DNA of 63,370 nt, counting the filler, from Choristocarpus tenellus KU-1152 (Eukaryota > Protista > Phaeophyceae): assembly GCA_964200185.2 (NCBI GenBank). It is 12 parts of 12 records of this genome, joined end to end, with 100 filler letters (N's around TTAATTAATTAA, not from the genome) between each part and the next. Parts side by side here need not be neighbours in the genome. Positions count along the whole stretch, not along the records: positions 12,340 to 19,036 come from CAXNAD020007543.1; positions 19,137 to 24,028 come from CAXNAD020012645.1; positions 24,129 to 26,641 come from CAXNAD020027181.1; 9 more parts are not named here. One strand, given 5' to 3'. Positions 13,150 to 26,560 of this stretch are shown here, piece after piece (within the stretch, counting starts at the first letter, position 1; every line of letters begins with the position of its first letter). The notes beneath the pieces are model-generated. The model was not told the origin of the DNA, searched no databases, and was given only the letters and a program-made list of their open reading frames with translations. The position numbers and the translations under genes were made by a program.

Positions 13150-13399
13150 TCTCCAAGGACCAAGAAGGATGCTGTGTTGTCAATCCTGACATAAGACCAC
13201 GGTGGAAGGGGGATTCAGGCTGCAAGGGTATCAGCATTAATGAGATATGAGAGGGTTGTTGGGAAATAGTGGATTTCATCTGCATTGAGCTTACATTTTT
13301 ATTTGGATTCTACTCTCTACCTCTCCCCAGTGGGGGAAAATGATCTATTTTTTGGTATCTCTGGCGAATGCAACATCCTCAGCTGACAATGGCCTTGTG

Positions 13400-13770
13400 A
13401 TTTCGTGCATGGTTGCATTGATGGCCTCTGAGACATCAGCGGTCCAGACCATGACTTTAGGCGCCTCTCTCTAGTGGGAGGATGACCTTGAACCCATGCA
13501 AGAGAGCGCTGACTGCCCTACTATGTGCACTGTGTCGCATCAATAGCCTCTGAGAAGCCAGTGCTGCAGACGATGGCTGCAGGGTCTCTCTCTATTGGGA
13601 TAATGACCTCGAGGCTGTGCACAAATGTGCTGGTCACCCTATTGTGTGCACGGACCACGCATCAATTACTTTTGAGACACTTAGCGCTCTAGACCATCAT
13701 GGCTTCAGGGTAGGAGGGGATTATCTCAAATCTAAGTTTGAGAGCGTTGATTGCTTTACCGTTGTGTGTT
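13400..13770 (+). repeat. Diverged 122-bp tandem repeat, about 3 copies
   Basis: Anchor gcat(t/c)(g/a)at..c(c/t)...gaga recurs at 13415, 13537 and 13659. Confidence 0.7.
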
Positions 13771-13889
13771 CTTTTGCATACCGAGTTTTTGTAGAGTAGG
13801 TTCACACTTTTTTTGCATACTCTTGCCATCTGTTGATGCTCTTGCTGTTTATTTGCATTCTGCGTTGCGATCACCACTTTTCAGGTGCA

Positions 13890-14068
13890 GTCTCAAAGCA
13901 TCCGGGGTGGGGGTGGCGGCTGCCCATTTGGGGCCCATTTGTTCCTGTCGCGATTTTTGGGTGAAAGGTTGCATACGTCGGATGGATAATGTAGGTGCAC
14001 ATTTCCTGATCATGACCCAAATGAGCACCCTGATGTAGACCCTCCCTCCCCTCCATATACTTTAAGCC
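13890..14068 (+). mobile_element. MITE family A, apparent 4-bp TSD TGCA
   Basis: tgca|gtctcaaagcatcc...ccatatactttaagcc|tgca. Confidence 0.8.
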
Positions 14069-15799
14069 TGCAGAAGCAACCAGTGCTTAAATCAGTCACT
14101 TCTTAGGTGCCAACTTGTGCTGTCAAGCATTTCCAGAAGGTCAGATGGAGGCTGAAGGAACACAGGGTTTGCTTGCATTTTATGGAGAGTGTTGTAGCTA
14201 CTTGACACAGGTATCCTTGAGACACGCTTACAGGATATGTCCAAGGAGTATTTGATCGCACCTTAGATATTCACATCATAGATTAGGATAAGAAGATATG
14301 GTTGAAATAAGAAAGGTGAAAGCCAGAAGTTGTAAGACAGGTTGTCACAACCGCCTCCCATGACCACCTCGGTTCTTGATAATTATGGCCCATTTCCTGA
14401 TGACTCCTAAACTAAGTGGAAAACTGATGTGCGCCATGCCAATAAAGCAGCAAACAACTAAGGCAGCCCAGGCAGCAACCGCTACCTCTGTCAAACAAAA
14501 TGTTAGGTGGTAGGCGGTGCTGGAAATCGAGATTTTCAACGGCTCGCCTGGCAGATAAATCGTGTTTTCAGGGCCTTGACCGCTGCTAGGAATACCTTTC
14601 CATATATGTCGAACCCTTATACATACACTGCATCCATGTATGATGCTGTCTACTCCACACATCCACACATCCACACATCCACACATTATTATTATTGACG
14701 CATTAGCTGGGGATGGTCCTGATCCGTCGTGAGAGGTAATGCTACCTGGTACTAGTACTCGTTGCTCTGTCTCCTCTCTCGAATCTTTTGTTGGATCTTC
14801 CCCGAAGTTTCCACCTTAATCTTGGTTTCGGCATTCTTATCGTATAGAACAGATAGGATAGTAAGTACAGGCGTACAATGTTTTGTGCTTGCCACATGGA
14901 AATGCATAGTCTGAACCAGATTTCCGTCAAGAGAAGTCTGGCCTCGAAGGGCTTCAAACCCGCTGAATTAATGGAGGTAACCGCCGCCGCCTTAACTACT
15001 GATCCAAGAGAACGCTCTACATCCACATAGCCGCCAGGGACGCCACGTAAGGCATAATATCTGTAGCGGGCAGTCAAGGATCAGAGTCGCCGTCACCTGG
15101 CTGACATCTTTGGGCTCTGAGTCAAACCAATTGAGAGGTAGGCAAGGATTGCGAGAAAGGGCACAAAGATGTCACTTTGTACAATTGTAGAAAGGGCCTT
15201 CTTTGATGAATTGTGGTGTCACTTTGGATGTAGAAAGAAGGGGGAAAAATAATTTTGCGTACACTATTGTGTTTGCGTAAAGCAATGAAATCGAGTGTAT
15301 TGCACGGAGTAAGAAATATGGCTTGGAATCCAAAAGGGTCCAAACCTACCTACCCCTGACATGGTTTTGAATGTCTGTGTTTTGAATAATGCTTCTATCT
15401 CATTATTTTATAATTGGACTTTTTTGGATGGACTTTCTCCCGTCCCAATTTTTTTTTCTCACCCTAGATTCGTTTGTGAGTCAAGTGATTTTTCGGATTA
15501 GATGGGACTGCTTAGTAGGTAATTATATCTCACTAATGTAAGGAGGTTCTCGTCACTCACCTACCTAATTTATTAGTGTTCACCACACATTAATGCACAA
15601 CAATGTAGAGTTATTTTGTACAAACTGCCTCTTGCGAATGAGTGGTTTGGGTCTTTCTATGGGACACCAGTGGTCAGCCTAATATTGAGATTTTTTTTTT
15701 GTTATATATCCAGGTAGAGAGAGCTGGCAGTACAAATGACACTTCTTCGGCTATTCACAATCGGATAACTACCATTGTCGTTTCTTCATCAACTTGTTC

Positions 15800-16070
15800 A
15801 ATCAAAAGCATGCCAGAGGGGTGTGTGCCTAAAAACGTCAATTGTTGAGTGCGACAAGGGAGAAGGGTTAAGGAAAGATGAAAAGAGAGCCGTATGGAGC
15901 CACACTGAGATGGTAGAGGGTAGATGGTAGTGGACACCCACATATCCAATTTTGATATTGATATCAAACCAAAACAGCAATGTGTTACGGTTCGTATGTT
16001 TAGATCATAATTTTCATTGTTTTTTCCCCTGACACATCTGGAAAATATGAGAGAGCACAATAAATACATA
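15800..16070 (+). mobile_element. 3' end of a decayed LINE-like element ending in a dispersed hairpin motif
   Basis: KSMPEGCVPK..RQGRRVKER resembles the RTE-type RT C-terminus (RMxxxRLPK...GKRxRGRP); followed by ttttcattg..cccctgacacatctg.aaaat.t.agag.gca plus an A/T tail, repeated elsewhere. Confidence 0.45.
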
Positions 16071-16278
16071 TAAATACTATACTAGTGCTAATAATGGTTG
16101 ATAAGGTGATATCAACCATATTCTCAACTCGGAATACTGAATATCTGTCGGTCCAATAAATGAAAAAAGGCGTAAAAAGTTTTTTTTGGGTTGGGACCAG
16201 GTTCTTGGTGATGTGAATTACAAACTTCGTAGTAACTCACAAACGTCAACAACATCGTTCGTTGGCAGTTTTCTCTCC

Positions 16279-19036
16279 ATGAAGATGGAGGCTGGGATAG
16301 TGCTGCTGGTTTCATGCCTGAGCATACACTCAGTGTCATCGAAGCTTCCTGTTTGTCGTTGGGGGTCTGGAGATGGTGGCACATCGAAGTGGACGATGGG
16401 AAATAGTCCGTCTCGTGGATATATGGGAACGGCGATGCTGGATTCACCTGGCTTGGTGGTCTTCGCAGGGGGAATAGGAAGCGGTGGAAGGGTCGTGGAT
16501 GGAAGGGTGAACGCCGTGTTGGGCATGGAGGGCGGTCTGGACAGTGCCAGGAGCGAATCCCTCGAGTAAGTGCTAATAGCGTCACTGCCGTCGCATCTCA
16601 ATCTGTTTAGACTGTATTAAACTTCAAGTCACGAAGAGCTGGTGGATTATGTGGGCCTGGTGAAATAACCGCAGCGGGTATTGAATGCGTTCTTTTCGAA
16701 TTGGTGTTCTTCCAGAGTTGCAGTTCTGTGCCATCATTTACTCAACGACCCCTTTCGATGAGTGTGACTAAAATGTGAGTTCCTCAATGCAATCAACCGA
16801 CCAACTCTGACGATGAACCCCATACTCACCCCTTCGTTATCATGTGACTTCGCACTCTTGCATACTCACTCTAATGGTGGTGCCAACCCCCTAGTCCAAT
16901 ATCATGTAGCAACTAGCACGTGTCATTATCGAACCCCAACAACTTCGTCCTCGACGATTTTCCCTAAGATAGGATGTCAGCAGCCTCAATATCTACTACA
17001 ATGTTTCCTCTAGTAAGGGTCCAGCGAGCTCATGACGACGGATCATCGTTCTTCTAGCGTCCGTCGTTGGGTGTAGTTGGAAAACCTCACATGAGAGCCA
17101 CTATTCAGACCGTATTAATGTCAAACGATTCATTGGTTCCATTTGACGTTTGGCATTGGACTTTAGTTGTACATGATACGCACCTGTTCATTACAACCAA
17201 GTAACATTTTATGAATGTCTTTCATGGCAATCTTTGTGGCCATTTAGTACGCCAATATCACTGGCAGATGGGAGAAGCACCAGCTGTTGTGGAACACCAA
17301 TTAGACATGACTACACATGTCACAGTTGCGCTATGTTCGTTCAATTCTTAGTTGGAGTGCTATGGTAATTCCTCTTCACCCTTTTTAGGTTTGCACAGAT
17401 TGTACCCGTTCTGCCCCCCAATAGTTGTTTTGGAACGAATTGTGCCCTTTTTGGTCGTGTTCTTTCATCTGTGGACTATGAGAAGGAATCAAATCTCTCT
17501 CATCAGAAACGGGCCTTCAGCATGAAGTGCAATGCAGGCCACTCCGCTCCAGATATGCTGCTGTTTTGAAGAGTACTATTTGAAGGCACGCCACTCACCT
17601 GTTCTTGCCTTCCAAGGTGTGCTTCGCGTCCATGGCTGTTCCTCATTCAGATACCATGGTTTTGGCTACTACTGCGTGGTCCATATAACCTTAGTCATTC
17701 CTACACATGCATTCATCGATCCTCATCCTTCGACATGACCCTGGCAGAAGCATGTCGCAGCTTTGACGGTCCTGACGCTGCTGCTCGACTGAACGGTACC
17801 TGATTGATTTGTTACGGTTTGTTTTGTTTGGATGTTGCTTGGGATCTTCACCTGTCCTCCACATGCATCTCCATTTGAAATATCCCTAACTAACCCCATA
17901 TATATATATATGTTGCATTGGATTGCACTACATCTCGCGTATCTCGGCCCTAGCCCTCAAAAGACTTCCCTACACTGTTTTGTAAAAAAAAATCACTCTT
18001 TGAGGAGAGCAATTTCCAACCGACCGCATCCCTATCGAAAGCCTTGCCGTATACTCCATATCCCCGATGGAGGAGTCCATTCTTCTTGCAGTTTTTTTTA
18101 TTTATGTGGGCCTGGAGAGTAATTTCTGCGAGGGTGTTGGACACCACCGGTCACAACAACAAGCAACTTTTTGTTTTGTTTTGTTTTGTTTTGTTTTGTT
18201 TTGTTTTGAAGTGCATACTTTGAGAATGCTCAAGTAATATAAAATATATTCTATATCACTGTGTACTGAGCTCCTCACACCCCGTTCAGACATCTATCTC
18301 GCCAGCCCGGTCACCCTACAATCGCTGTGTCTCTTGCACTCACATCGCGACCATTAGTTGCACTTGAATTGAACCTCTGTTGTGCAGGAAGTTGTTGTTG
18401 ACCGGGGGTCCTACTTTGAGACCCTCCGTCAAACTGTTGCAACTTCATGCTTTCGCTAGCTGTTTGCTGTGTCGTATGTCTCGAACCTTGCATCCTAAAT
18501 CCTATCGCTATCCCTGACCTGAACTTACCATTCTCCTTGTGTCTGTAGGTCAGTTTGTCTATGAACCCTAACCCTGTTCTCACAGTCGTCTCCAGCTTGT
18601 ATCTCGAACCTCGAGATCCTGTGGTACACACAACCTTTGGTTGGTGGACCCCCGTCGTGCGGTTTAATGTCCAAACATCGCCGAAGATGAATACCAGTTG
18701 TTCAGTTGTTGGTACCGGACTGTACTTAGGGTTAGGGTTAGGCCTACGCTTGCTATGATACAGCGGAACTCTACCCTAATCCCTATCCCGGAACGAACCC
18801 CCTAAGCTTAACCCTATCCCCATCTCTAACGTGAAGCCAACCTCCAAAGTCCAATCGCACGCCTGCAGACTGGATGTTCCCAGGACCGATATTGGGACCA
18901 CAGCAACGGCCAATGCGCTGTACTTTGCAGGGGGCTGTGGGATCACCACCGCCCCTAACACTAGCCCTTCTGGAGCCTCAGTGAACAATGGCTCGAAGAG
19001 CAGTGGGGGCAGGGCAGGGGGAGAGTGGTTTCAGGG
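16279..19036 (+). CDS. Secreted kelch-repeat (beta-propeller) protein, 5' part
   Basis: Exon 1 16279-16565 (signal-like MKMEAGIVLLVSCLSIHSVSS; kelch-like SRGYMGTAMLDSPGLVVFAGG; donor gtaagt, phase 2) joins in phase to an exon from 18869 (cctgcag|; LDVPRTDIGTTATANALYFAGG). Truncated by the linker. Confidence 0.7.
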
Positions 19037-19136
19037 NNNNNNNNNNNNNNNNNNNNNNNNNNNNNNNNNNNNNNNNNNNNTTAATTAATTAANNNNNNNN
19101 NNNNNNNNNNNNNNNNNNNNNNNNNNNNNNNNNNNN

Positions 19137-22065
19137 CCATAGCATCGTTTTTAAGGTCGTAGGACTTGAGTTGTACATCCTGGAAGGTGAGCATTGAGGG
19201 GCGCCTGTAACAGATGATCAAGTCATGCAAAATATGTTGTCATTGGCACGTTTACGGAATATTTCTGCAAGTGCTCTAAAACCACGTATAACAGAAATAA
19301 GCGCGATCGTGTTGTCCGCATTGCAATTACGTTTTCAATGCAAACACAATTGCAGCCTTACCTCAAGCAAACTGATATCTTTATCCTTGTCAGCGAAGTC
19401 GGGATTTTTCTCTCCTGCCTCTCTTGCAAGTGCTGCTGCTTCCTCACTAAGTCTACGTATTTCATGCAGCTTTGACTCAGGGGAAGGGGCTCGAAGGTGA
19501 CTTTGTCGAAGGTTCCCTTCAGGAACGAGCAATGGAGCCCCAATATCCTCCAGCCCAGCCTCGTTTTGTATCTTGTTTAAAGAGATGTACAGCGTTTGTG
19601 GTCAACTATGGACATGTTCTCAATTAACCAAGGGGTCTAAGCAAATACCCATAAATCGCGATATGGTAAAATGGACCCCAAATGGACACCCCCCCCCCCC
19701 CCCCCCAAAAAAGAACCCCAAAAAAAAAACACCCCCCACAACCCCCCCACAAACTCCCTAACACANNNNNNNNNNCCCCAAATGGACACCCGCCCACCCC
19801 CCCAGAAACTTTGACCCAAGAAAATACGCCACGCTACAAATTGCACCGATATTCTCATTAACGTAAAACACGATTATTTACTTTACCTCCACAATGCAGA
19901 GGTCATTGTCATTTCCAGCTGGACAGGGCTTCGGCTTGATAACAGTAGTTGAGCCATCCGCATGAAATGTGACCATTTTGAGCAGGAACCCCTACAAGCC
20001 GTCAGAAGGAACAGAAGAAACAGAAAAAATGCCAGGTATAGGTAGGAGCACAGGTATACCTGGGTGAGGATACAAACTAATTTGGAGCCATCGATCTGCG
20101 GCATACCCGACTAGTCTGGGTGAGGTTTCCTTGAGAAATCATGTATCCTCTTTGATACCTTCTCTATTCCTTGAGTTACATGCCTTGGTACTCAAACCTT
20201 CACATATCAATAATGTACAGATGACAACAGCTGAGGAGCCAGAAAATATTTTGTTACTCTACCTCCACAGTGCAGTCATCAGTCCAGGTCATGGAAATAG
20301 TTGCAGGTGGAGCACTGACTTCACCTGTTGTATCCATAACAACGCCTATCCACATCTGGCATTTGGTACATGGAAAAGTACTTAGTGTTAGTTTTTTCGT
20401 TGGTTAACAAAAAGATTGGTAGAAAATTCAGGTAACCGAGAATTGCTCATTATCCCAAGAATCAGTTTTAGCCGACGCCTATAGATGTCTGCAAGTGTAC
20501 TTCACACCAGGACATTATCTTGATTCCTGATGTTGAAAACGCATACACCATGTTGCGAAGATAGATCTACCATTAAGCATAGGAGATACTTGACATGGAC
20601 CAGCCACCTCCCTAAAACATTTTTTCGCCTCTCAAACTTTCTTGGTCGTGGTAGATATCCTTGTCCAATCTCTCACCTTTCTGGCTTTGCCATTTGAGAA
20701 TACATTCCCTTCCTTCACAGTGAAGGATGCTAATGAGGCTAGCACAGTCTGTGGTGATTGCAAAAGGAAGTCAGGAATGGGAAAAGAGTGTTGCTAGTGT
20801 CACAGCTGACTAAACTCATGCCCTATGCAATTGCTGTTGTACTTCAAACTCGTGATTTTATATCACATCAGGGTACGGTTTTGCCTACTTTGAATATCTG
20901 AGACATGAAAATTGAGAAACTGTGTTATGACGCATTTGCTAACTTTCCCGTTGTGATAAAAAGGGAAGTTGATAAGTTGCAACGGTAGATCCGTCCGGTG
21001 TGGTGGAATGATCTATCATCATTTACAATGAAGAACAAGGTGAGTAATGTAATGTAACAAAGTAGATGATTTAGTCTTCTATCCGAAAGAGATTAATGGT
21101 GTTGGCAGGACATGCTCGACATTAGCTTACCTCTGTGCTACTGATAGCAAAACTGAGCTGTTCGGCATTCTCTGCGACCCCAAGAGTGTCACAGTCCAAT
21201 TTCCCAAGTCCGATGCTCGTCACTTCCAGTTCCAAATACATTGAGAGTGAAGCAAAAAAACGGAGTTGAGGCAAAGGATCTTAGAGCGTAGAGCTGCGCC
21301 CATGTGGGGGTCACAATCCAATGTTGCATATTTGATGTAATTCGGGCGATCGATTTTGTTAGGAAGTGTCAATATCCTTGTTGCGAACACACCTTTCACA
21401 TACTCTGAAATATTTTAGAGTAGGAAAATGTCAGAAAAAAACCCGTTTGAAGCCAATCCTCAAACGGGCAAAGAGGGTAAAACTCTTAACCTCCAAAATA
21501 CTTTCACTCTGTGTTGGGTGAACTAGTTAGGATGCATTGAAGGGCAGGCACGACCACTTTCGTTGCTTAACAAAAAATACTTTTCAAGTTTCAATTGACC
21601 AGGTTGTGATGGTCCTTACTTTTTTTTTTCTAGAATTCGTCATGGCGTGAACGTTAAGGTTGATGAGCATGTCTGTTTAACACGAAATTCGAGAGGCCAC
21701 TTGGGCATTATCGACAACACCGTCAAAGCGACTATGAAACCTCCAAAACGGTACCTAGTTCATATTTTCCCACCACCTTTTCTTCCACCCTGAGCTACCT
21801 ATCGAGCTGGTCGGGCAACTTATCAGAATGAGTCGTCCACTACCACTTATAAACACAACAATTTTTCCAACCTTTTCTTGCTTTTTCACGTACCTGTGCC
21901 TTGCCCACTCTTCTTCATACTGGATCTTATGTCGCTAATGACAAAATCGTCTAAAAGAGACTCCACGTCGTCGAATCCTGTAGAAGGTATTCCATTAGCT
22001 TGCTTCGATGCACCAAGCACGGATACCGTGACCAACCAGAAGATAAGATTCAGGCAAAGTTTCAT
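19137..22065 (-). CDS. Multi-exon secreted protein of unknown function (3' end off contig)
   Basis: Exon 1 22065-21894 with signal peptide MKLCLNLIFWLVTVSVLGA and donor gtacgt. Further GT/AG-bounded exons at ~21240-21131, ~20325-20263, ~19991-19887, ~19571-19362 (…KLHEIRRLSEEAAALAREAGEK…) and ~19203-19137. Confidence 0.55.
19650..19817 (-). mobile_element. MITE family A, broken by an internal gap
   Basis: aaatcgcgatatggtaaaatggacccc...cccagaaactttgaccc. Confidence 0.6.
21268..21509 (-). mobile_element. MITE family C (~250 bp), diverged copy
   Basis: Diverged reverse complement of the 31165 and 32739 copies; ends aaaatactttcactc. Confidence 0.75.
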
Positions 22066-23126
22066 TGCCAATCCGCCCTTCCTCGCCTTGCATCCTCTGA
22101 CGTTTTCTGTTGTTGAAGAGGATTGCCAATGATCCGTACTATAAACGTTATATTAAATGGAGTGACAGCTGCTGGCACAAACACATTCCAACAGCATACA
22201 ACGGTGTAGTTTAGAGGAAAACTGATCCCTATAAAGTAGTACTTATAATATATACTGGAAAGTGTAGGTGAGGGGAATCTCAACTCTTAGAGTGATCAAG
22301 GCACGACAAGTGTCGACCCAGATCGACCATCGTGTACTCCTCTTGAACTGACTATTGTCTCATTGGTTGAAATCTCAATAACTCGCGTCATCATTCAAGC
22401 CAACAATGTCGTCAAAGGTCACCTAACTGTTAGCAGTAAATGTGCAAGCCCACTCTTGCACAAAATTCGACCTTGACGACTTTTCTATGGAATGCCTGTT
22501 CAGTAAAGCACCATTGCAACTAGAGAAAGTCTAGAGAACAATGAATTCCAAACGATCGTGTTCGCCGTATTCTCTAGTTTGTTGGCAAACGTTTCTCCTG
22601 TATTTCATACCTTCACAACATCCAAATATCGCATGCATTGACGCTGTAAGATTCAAGACATCCACCAGAGTTAGTTATAGCGGAAATAATACACATCGAC
22701 TATCCATAACTAGTGAAATGGCGTTCAAGCCAGGCAAGGACTTCACAACAGGGCAATTTCTACCTCCCCACTATATTACTTCCATGATGCAATCATTATC
22801 TATCGATCAAGTAGTCTAGGAGTATTCACAAATGTTATTTGTTCCACATTAAGATGCAAGAGGTTGTTCAGGCGATATTGATTAGGTGCCAAATTATAGA
22901 TGGTGCACTTCTCGAAAAAATATCACCGAACAGGTTTCAGCACATATAACAGAAAATAGGGGAAGAAGCTTCTTGTCCTGCCTTTCTCATCACACACCTT
23001 CACCTGCGACACGTAAGAACTTGTACGTGACTATGCCACAATATTACATGCGTCGGTGATAAGTTTTCAGACCTCTTTTTGGTTCGGATTGTCAGTTGAA
23101 ATATTCACCTGTTACGTAATATCTAA

Positions 23127-23504
23127 GAATCCTAAAATGATTCTTTCTTTTCGGGTAGTTGAGAGAATAAAGGTTAGGAAGCATAATCTATCACCTTTCG
23201 AAATTGTTCAATATCCTCGAAAATCATCGTCATGTGCTCAGGAGGCGCTCAACGCTGCGAGGCAATACGTTCGTAATAATTACGAATCCTAAAATGTTGC
23301 TTTCTTTTTGTGTAGCTTGAGAGAATTATGATTAGGAAGCATAATCTATCATATTTCGAAATTTTCAATATACTCGAAAATGATCTTCACGTGCTACAGG
23401 GGCGCCCAGCGCTGCGAGGCACTACGTTAGCAATAATTAAGAATCCTAAAATGTTTCTTTCTTTTTGTGTGGTTTGAGATAATTGTGATAATAATCTATC
23501 ATAT
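23127..23504. repeat. 157-bp tandem repeat, about 2.4 copies
   Basis: gaatcctaaaatg starts at 23127, 23284 and 23441. Confidence 0.9.
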
Positions 23505-24128
23505 GTGAATCGTGTGATTCTGTGGCGGCGTGGTTCAATCAGGCGAGGGTGGTGGAGAGAATCAACTGGCAAGACGGACCAGACGAACAAGGACGAACCG
23601 TGACCGAGGATACGAGAATAAGGTTGGACAAGTGCAAATTGAGGAGTGATGAGCATCATCAAAGGTGGGGCTTTATCACCATCAATCAAGACTTGAGAAC
23701 AAAGTGGATCTTCCATGTGTGACGACTCTGAAGGACGAGCTGTCCCAAGTCTTTGGGATTGGTCACATGAAGAGACTTCCATGATTTCATTCTAACGGAA
23801 AGTCCGTCAGTGAAATCATGGACTCTTGACTGGGAACCTCAATTGGTACAACGGTATAATGGTATATGGCATACAGCAATTACAGTATAATTACAGGCAA
23901 ACATGCTTTCCACACATATTTCATTATATTATTATAATGCCCTCTGACATTTTGCAGATGAGTCAGGAGGGAAACCAATGAAAACTATATACAGTACCTA
24001 CCCCGATTTTGTTCACCCATGGGTATGCNNNNNNNNNNNNNNNNNNNNNNNNNNNNNNNNNNNNNNNNNNNNTTAATTAATTAANNNNNNNNNNNNNNNN
24101 NNNNNNNNNNNNNNNNNNNNNNNNNNNN

Positions 24129-26560
24129 CCAAAATACGTGAGACAATATGTAGTTGTGTGGAGGACATGGAAAATCAAGGAATAATTCAACCCTCCTCAA
24201 GTCCTTGGGCGTCACCAGTAACCATAGTGACAAAACCTGATGGGTCTCCTCGATTCTGTGTAGACTTTAGGCTCTCATTGAACAAAAAATTGGTACGTAA
24301 TTCCTGGCCGTTACCATCGATGGAATATTGTTTGAGTACACTAGGGGGAGCAAAATATCTTTCGTGTCTCGATGTTCAGTCAGCCTACTGGCAACTACCC
24401 ATCATCGACACTACCGAAGAACGCCAAAAAACTGCCTTTGTCACACCGGATGGAAAATACGAATTAAAATGGCTACCCTTTGGTGTTGCTAATGCACCAT
24501 GGATATATCAGCGCTTCATGTCTGAAACGTTTTCAACGCTTGGACCGAGTATGGGCTTACTGATTTATCTTAACGACATTATACTAGCCTCCCCAACGTG
24601 GAACCATCATATCCAACTTCTTGAGAGCGTATTGTCGTTACTGCAGCAAGTAGGACTCACCCTCAAACCCTCTAAGGCCCAATTGACTCAAAATCAATTT
24701 ATTATTTGGGACATGAAGTCAGCCCTAGTGGTATTGCTGTGTCTCCAGATCGAATCCAGTCTATATTACCGCTCTGAAAACCCCTAAATCTGCGAAGAAA
24801 TTACAAACCTTTCTAGGTTCGATGAACTTTGTTAGGAAATATATTCCCCATTTGGCTACAATAACTGAGCCCCTGGTTTCACTAACAAGGAAAAGTACGA
24901 AAAAAGCCAGAAAAGACAAAAGTCTATCTCAACTATGGAGACGAGCACAGCTAAATTCTTTTAGTGAGTGTAAACGCCTATTAACTATGGCGCCGGTGTT
25001 AAGCTTTCCAGATTTTACTCGAGAGTTCTTTATTCACGTGGATGCTAGCGATGTTGGCATGGGAGCTTTCTTGGCACATAAAAATAAGGACGATAGTTTC
25101 CAAATTGTAGCCTACCATAGTCCTCTTTTTAAGCCAACCGAAAGACGATATTCAGCAACTCAGAGAGAATGTCTGACCGTCATTCTTGCCATCACAAATT
25201 GGCGCCCATATATTTGGGGAAAGCACTTTACGATTGTAAGTGATCATTCGGTATTACGTTGATTACATACAATGCAAGATACTTCCCATATGTTGACCGG
25301 GTGGGCCTTAGCCTTACAAGCTTTTGACTTCACAGTTTTACATAAACCGGGACGTTTACTCTACATTCCGGATATGTTATCACGGACACGGTTGGAGGAA
25401 TTTATGTTAGATGAAACACCACCTCCACTAGCCCCACTGTGCCGTAATATAGACCAAACAGAGTCGGAGGTCTCCACACCCAAGGTTTACCCTCCATATG
25501 ATCTATCAGTGGATAAATTAGGTGAAATTACCAGAGTACAAAATGATACGGAACTATTCACTAGCGCCGTTAATGTTTTCCCAGCAGTGGATCCTGAAGT
25601 ACTATTCAAAGCTCAACAAGCTCAATATGGAGACTATTTCAAATATTTGGCTAATCCAGAAAAAGCCCTCTTACCAAAAAACGAAACAATGTATACCATG
25701 TCTTACTTTTTCACACAAGAAATGGAAGGCAAACAGATGTTATACAAATCGTATCAACCCGGTCACCTTCGAAAGAACGATAAATTCCGAGATCAATTAG
25801 TGGTACCCACTGAGATACAAGGTTTAATACTTCATGCCCTTCGTGACCATAAAGTCTCAGGACACCTTGCATTCAAGCACACTTTTGATCGAATTCGTGA
25901 CCGTTTTTGGTGGCCCATTATACATAAAGATGTTCGAACTTGGTGTGAAACATGTCAATCATGCCAAAGCCACAAGATAACCCCTTCTAAACCATCAAAC
26001 CCTCCAGGGCATATGCCAGTAACACGCCCATTTCAGAGAGTGGCAATTGATTTGGTAAAGTACAAAACTCAATCAGAAAAAAATACTTCCGTCTTATCTG
26101 CTGTCGACCATTTAACGAGGTTTGCTTTGCTCAGTGCTATTCCTGACAAACGAAGAAGCAACTGTAGCAAAAGCATTAACAGAACGAGCGTTTTCTATTT
26201 TTTGCGCCCCAGAAACCTTACACTCAGACCAGGGTAAGGAGTTTGAAAATAAACTGATCCTAGAGCTTCAAAAGATCTATGGATACAAGAAAACAAAAAC
26301 AACACCATATCGACCTCAAGGCAATACATTCTTGAAAGAATTTATAAGACAATGCGTGGCATCCTAGCTATGTATTCCAATATGAAGCAATCGGATTGGG
26401 CGTCATTATTTCCTTTTTTGCAACTGGCTCATAATACCGCTTACAATACCACTGTACAAGAAACACCCTTTTATTTAATGTTTGGGAGACGTCCCACGTT
26501 ACCAATCGATATCATTTTGGGAGGACCAGAGGCCATGCCTATTTCTACCAGGAGTACAGT
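24129..26560 (+). mobile_element. Decayed Ty3/Gypsy LTR-retrotransposon pol (RT-RNase H-integrase)
   Basis: RT motifs IQPSSSPWASP, RFCVDFR, KTAFVTPDGKYE, LPFG and YLND (YxDD mutated); RNase H HVDASDVG and YSATQRE; integrase Zn finger (H..GH...CQSC), AIDLV, SDQGKEF, PYRPQGN. RT-RH-IN order indicates Gypsy; frameshifts and a TGA at 25260. Confidence 0.95.

Noticed and set aside
14345-15110. Possible minus-strand gene divergent from the kelch gene
   Set aside because: Exon-like segments exist, but I could not build a convincing phase-consistent chain.
16124-16601. Minus-strand Pro-rich ORFs (153 and 127 aa)
   Set aside because: Antisense shadows of the plus-strand signal-peptide/kelch exon, which has a canonical donor.
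24566-24577. YLND instead of YxDD as a novel RT active site
   Set aside because: The element also has frameshifts and a nonsense codon, so this is simple decay (single G-to-A change).
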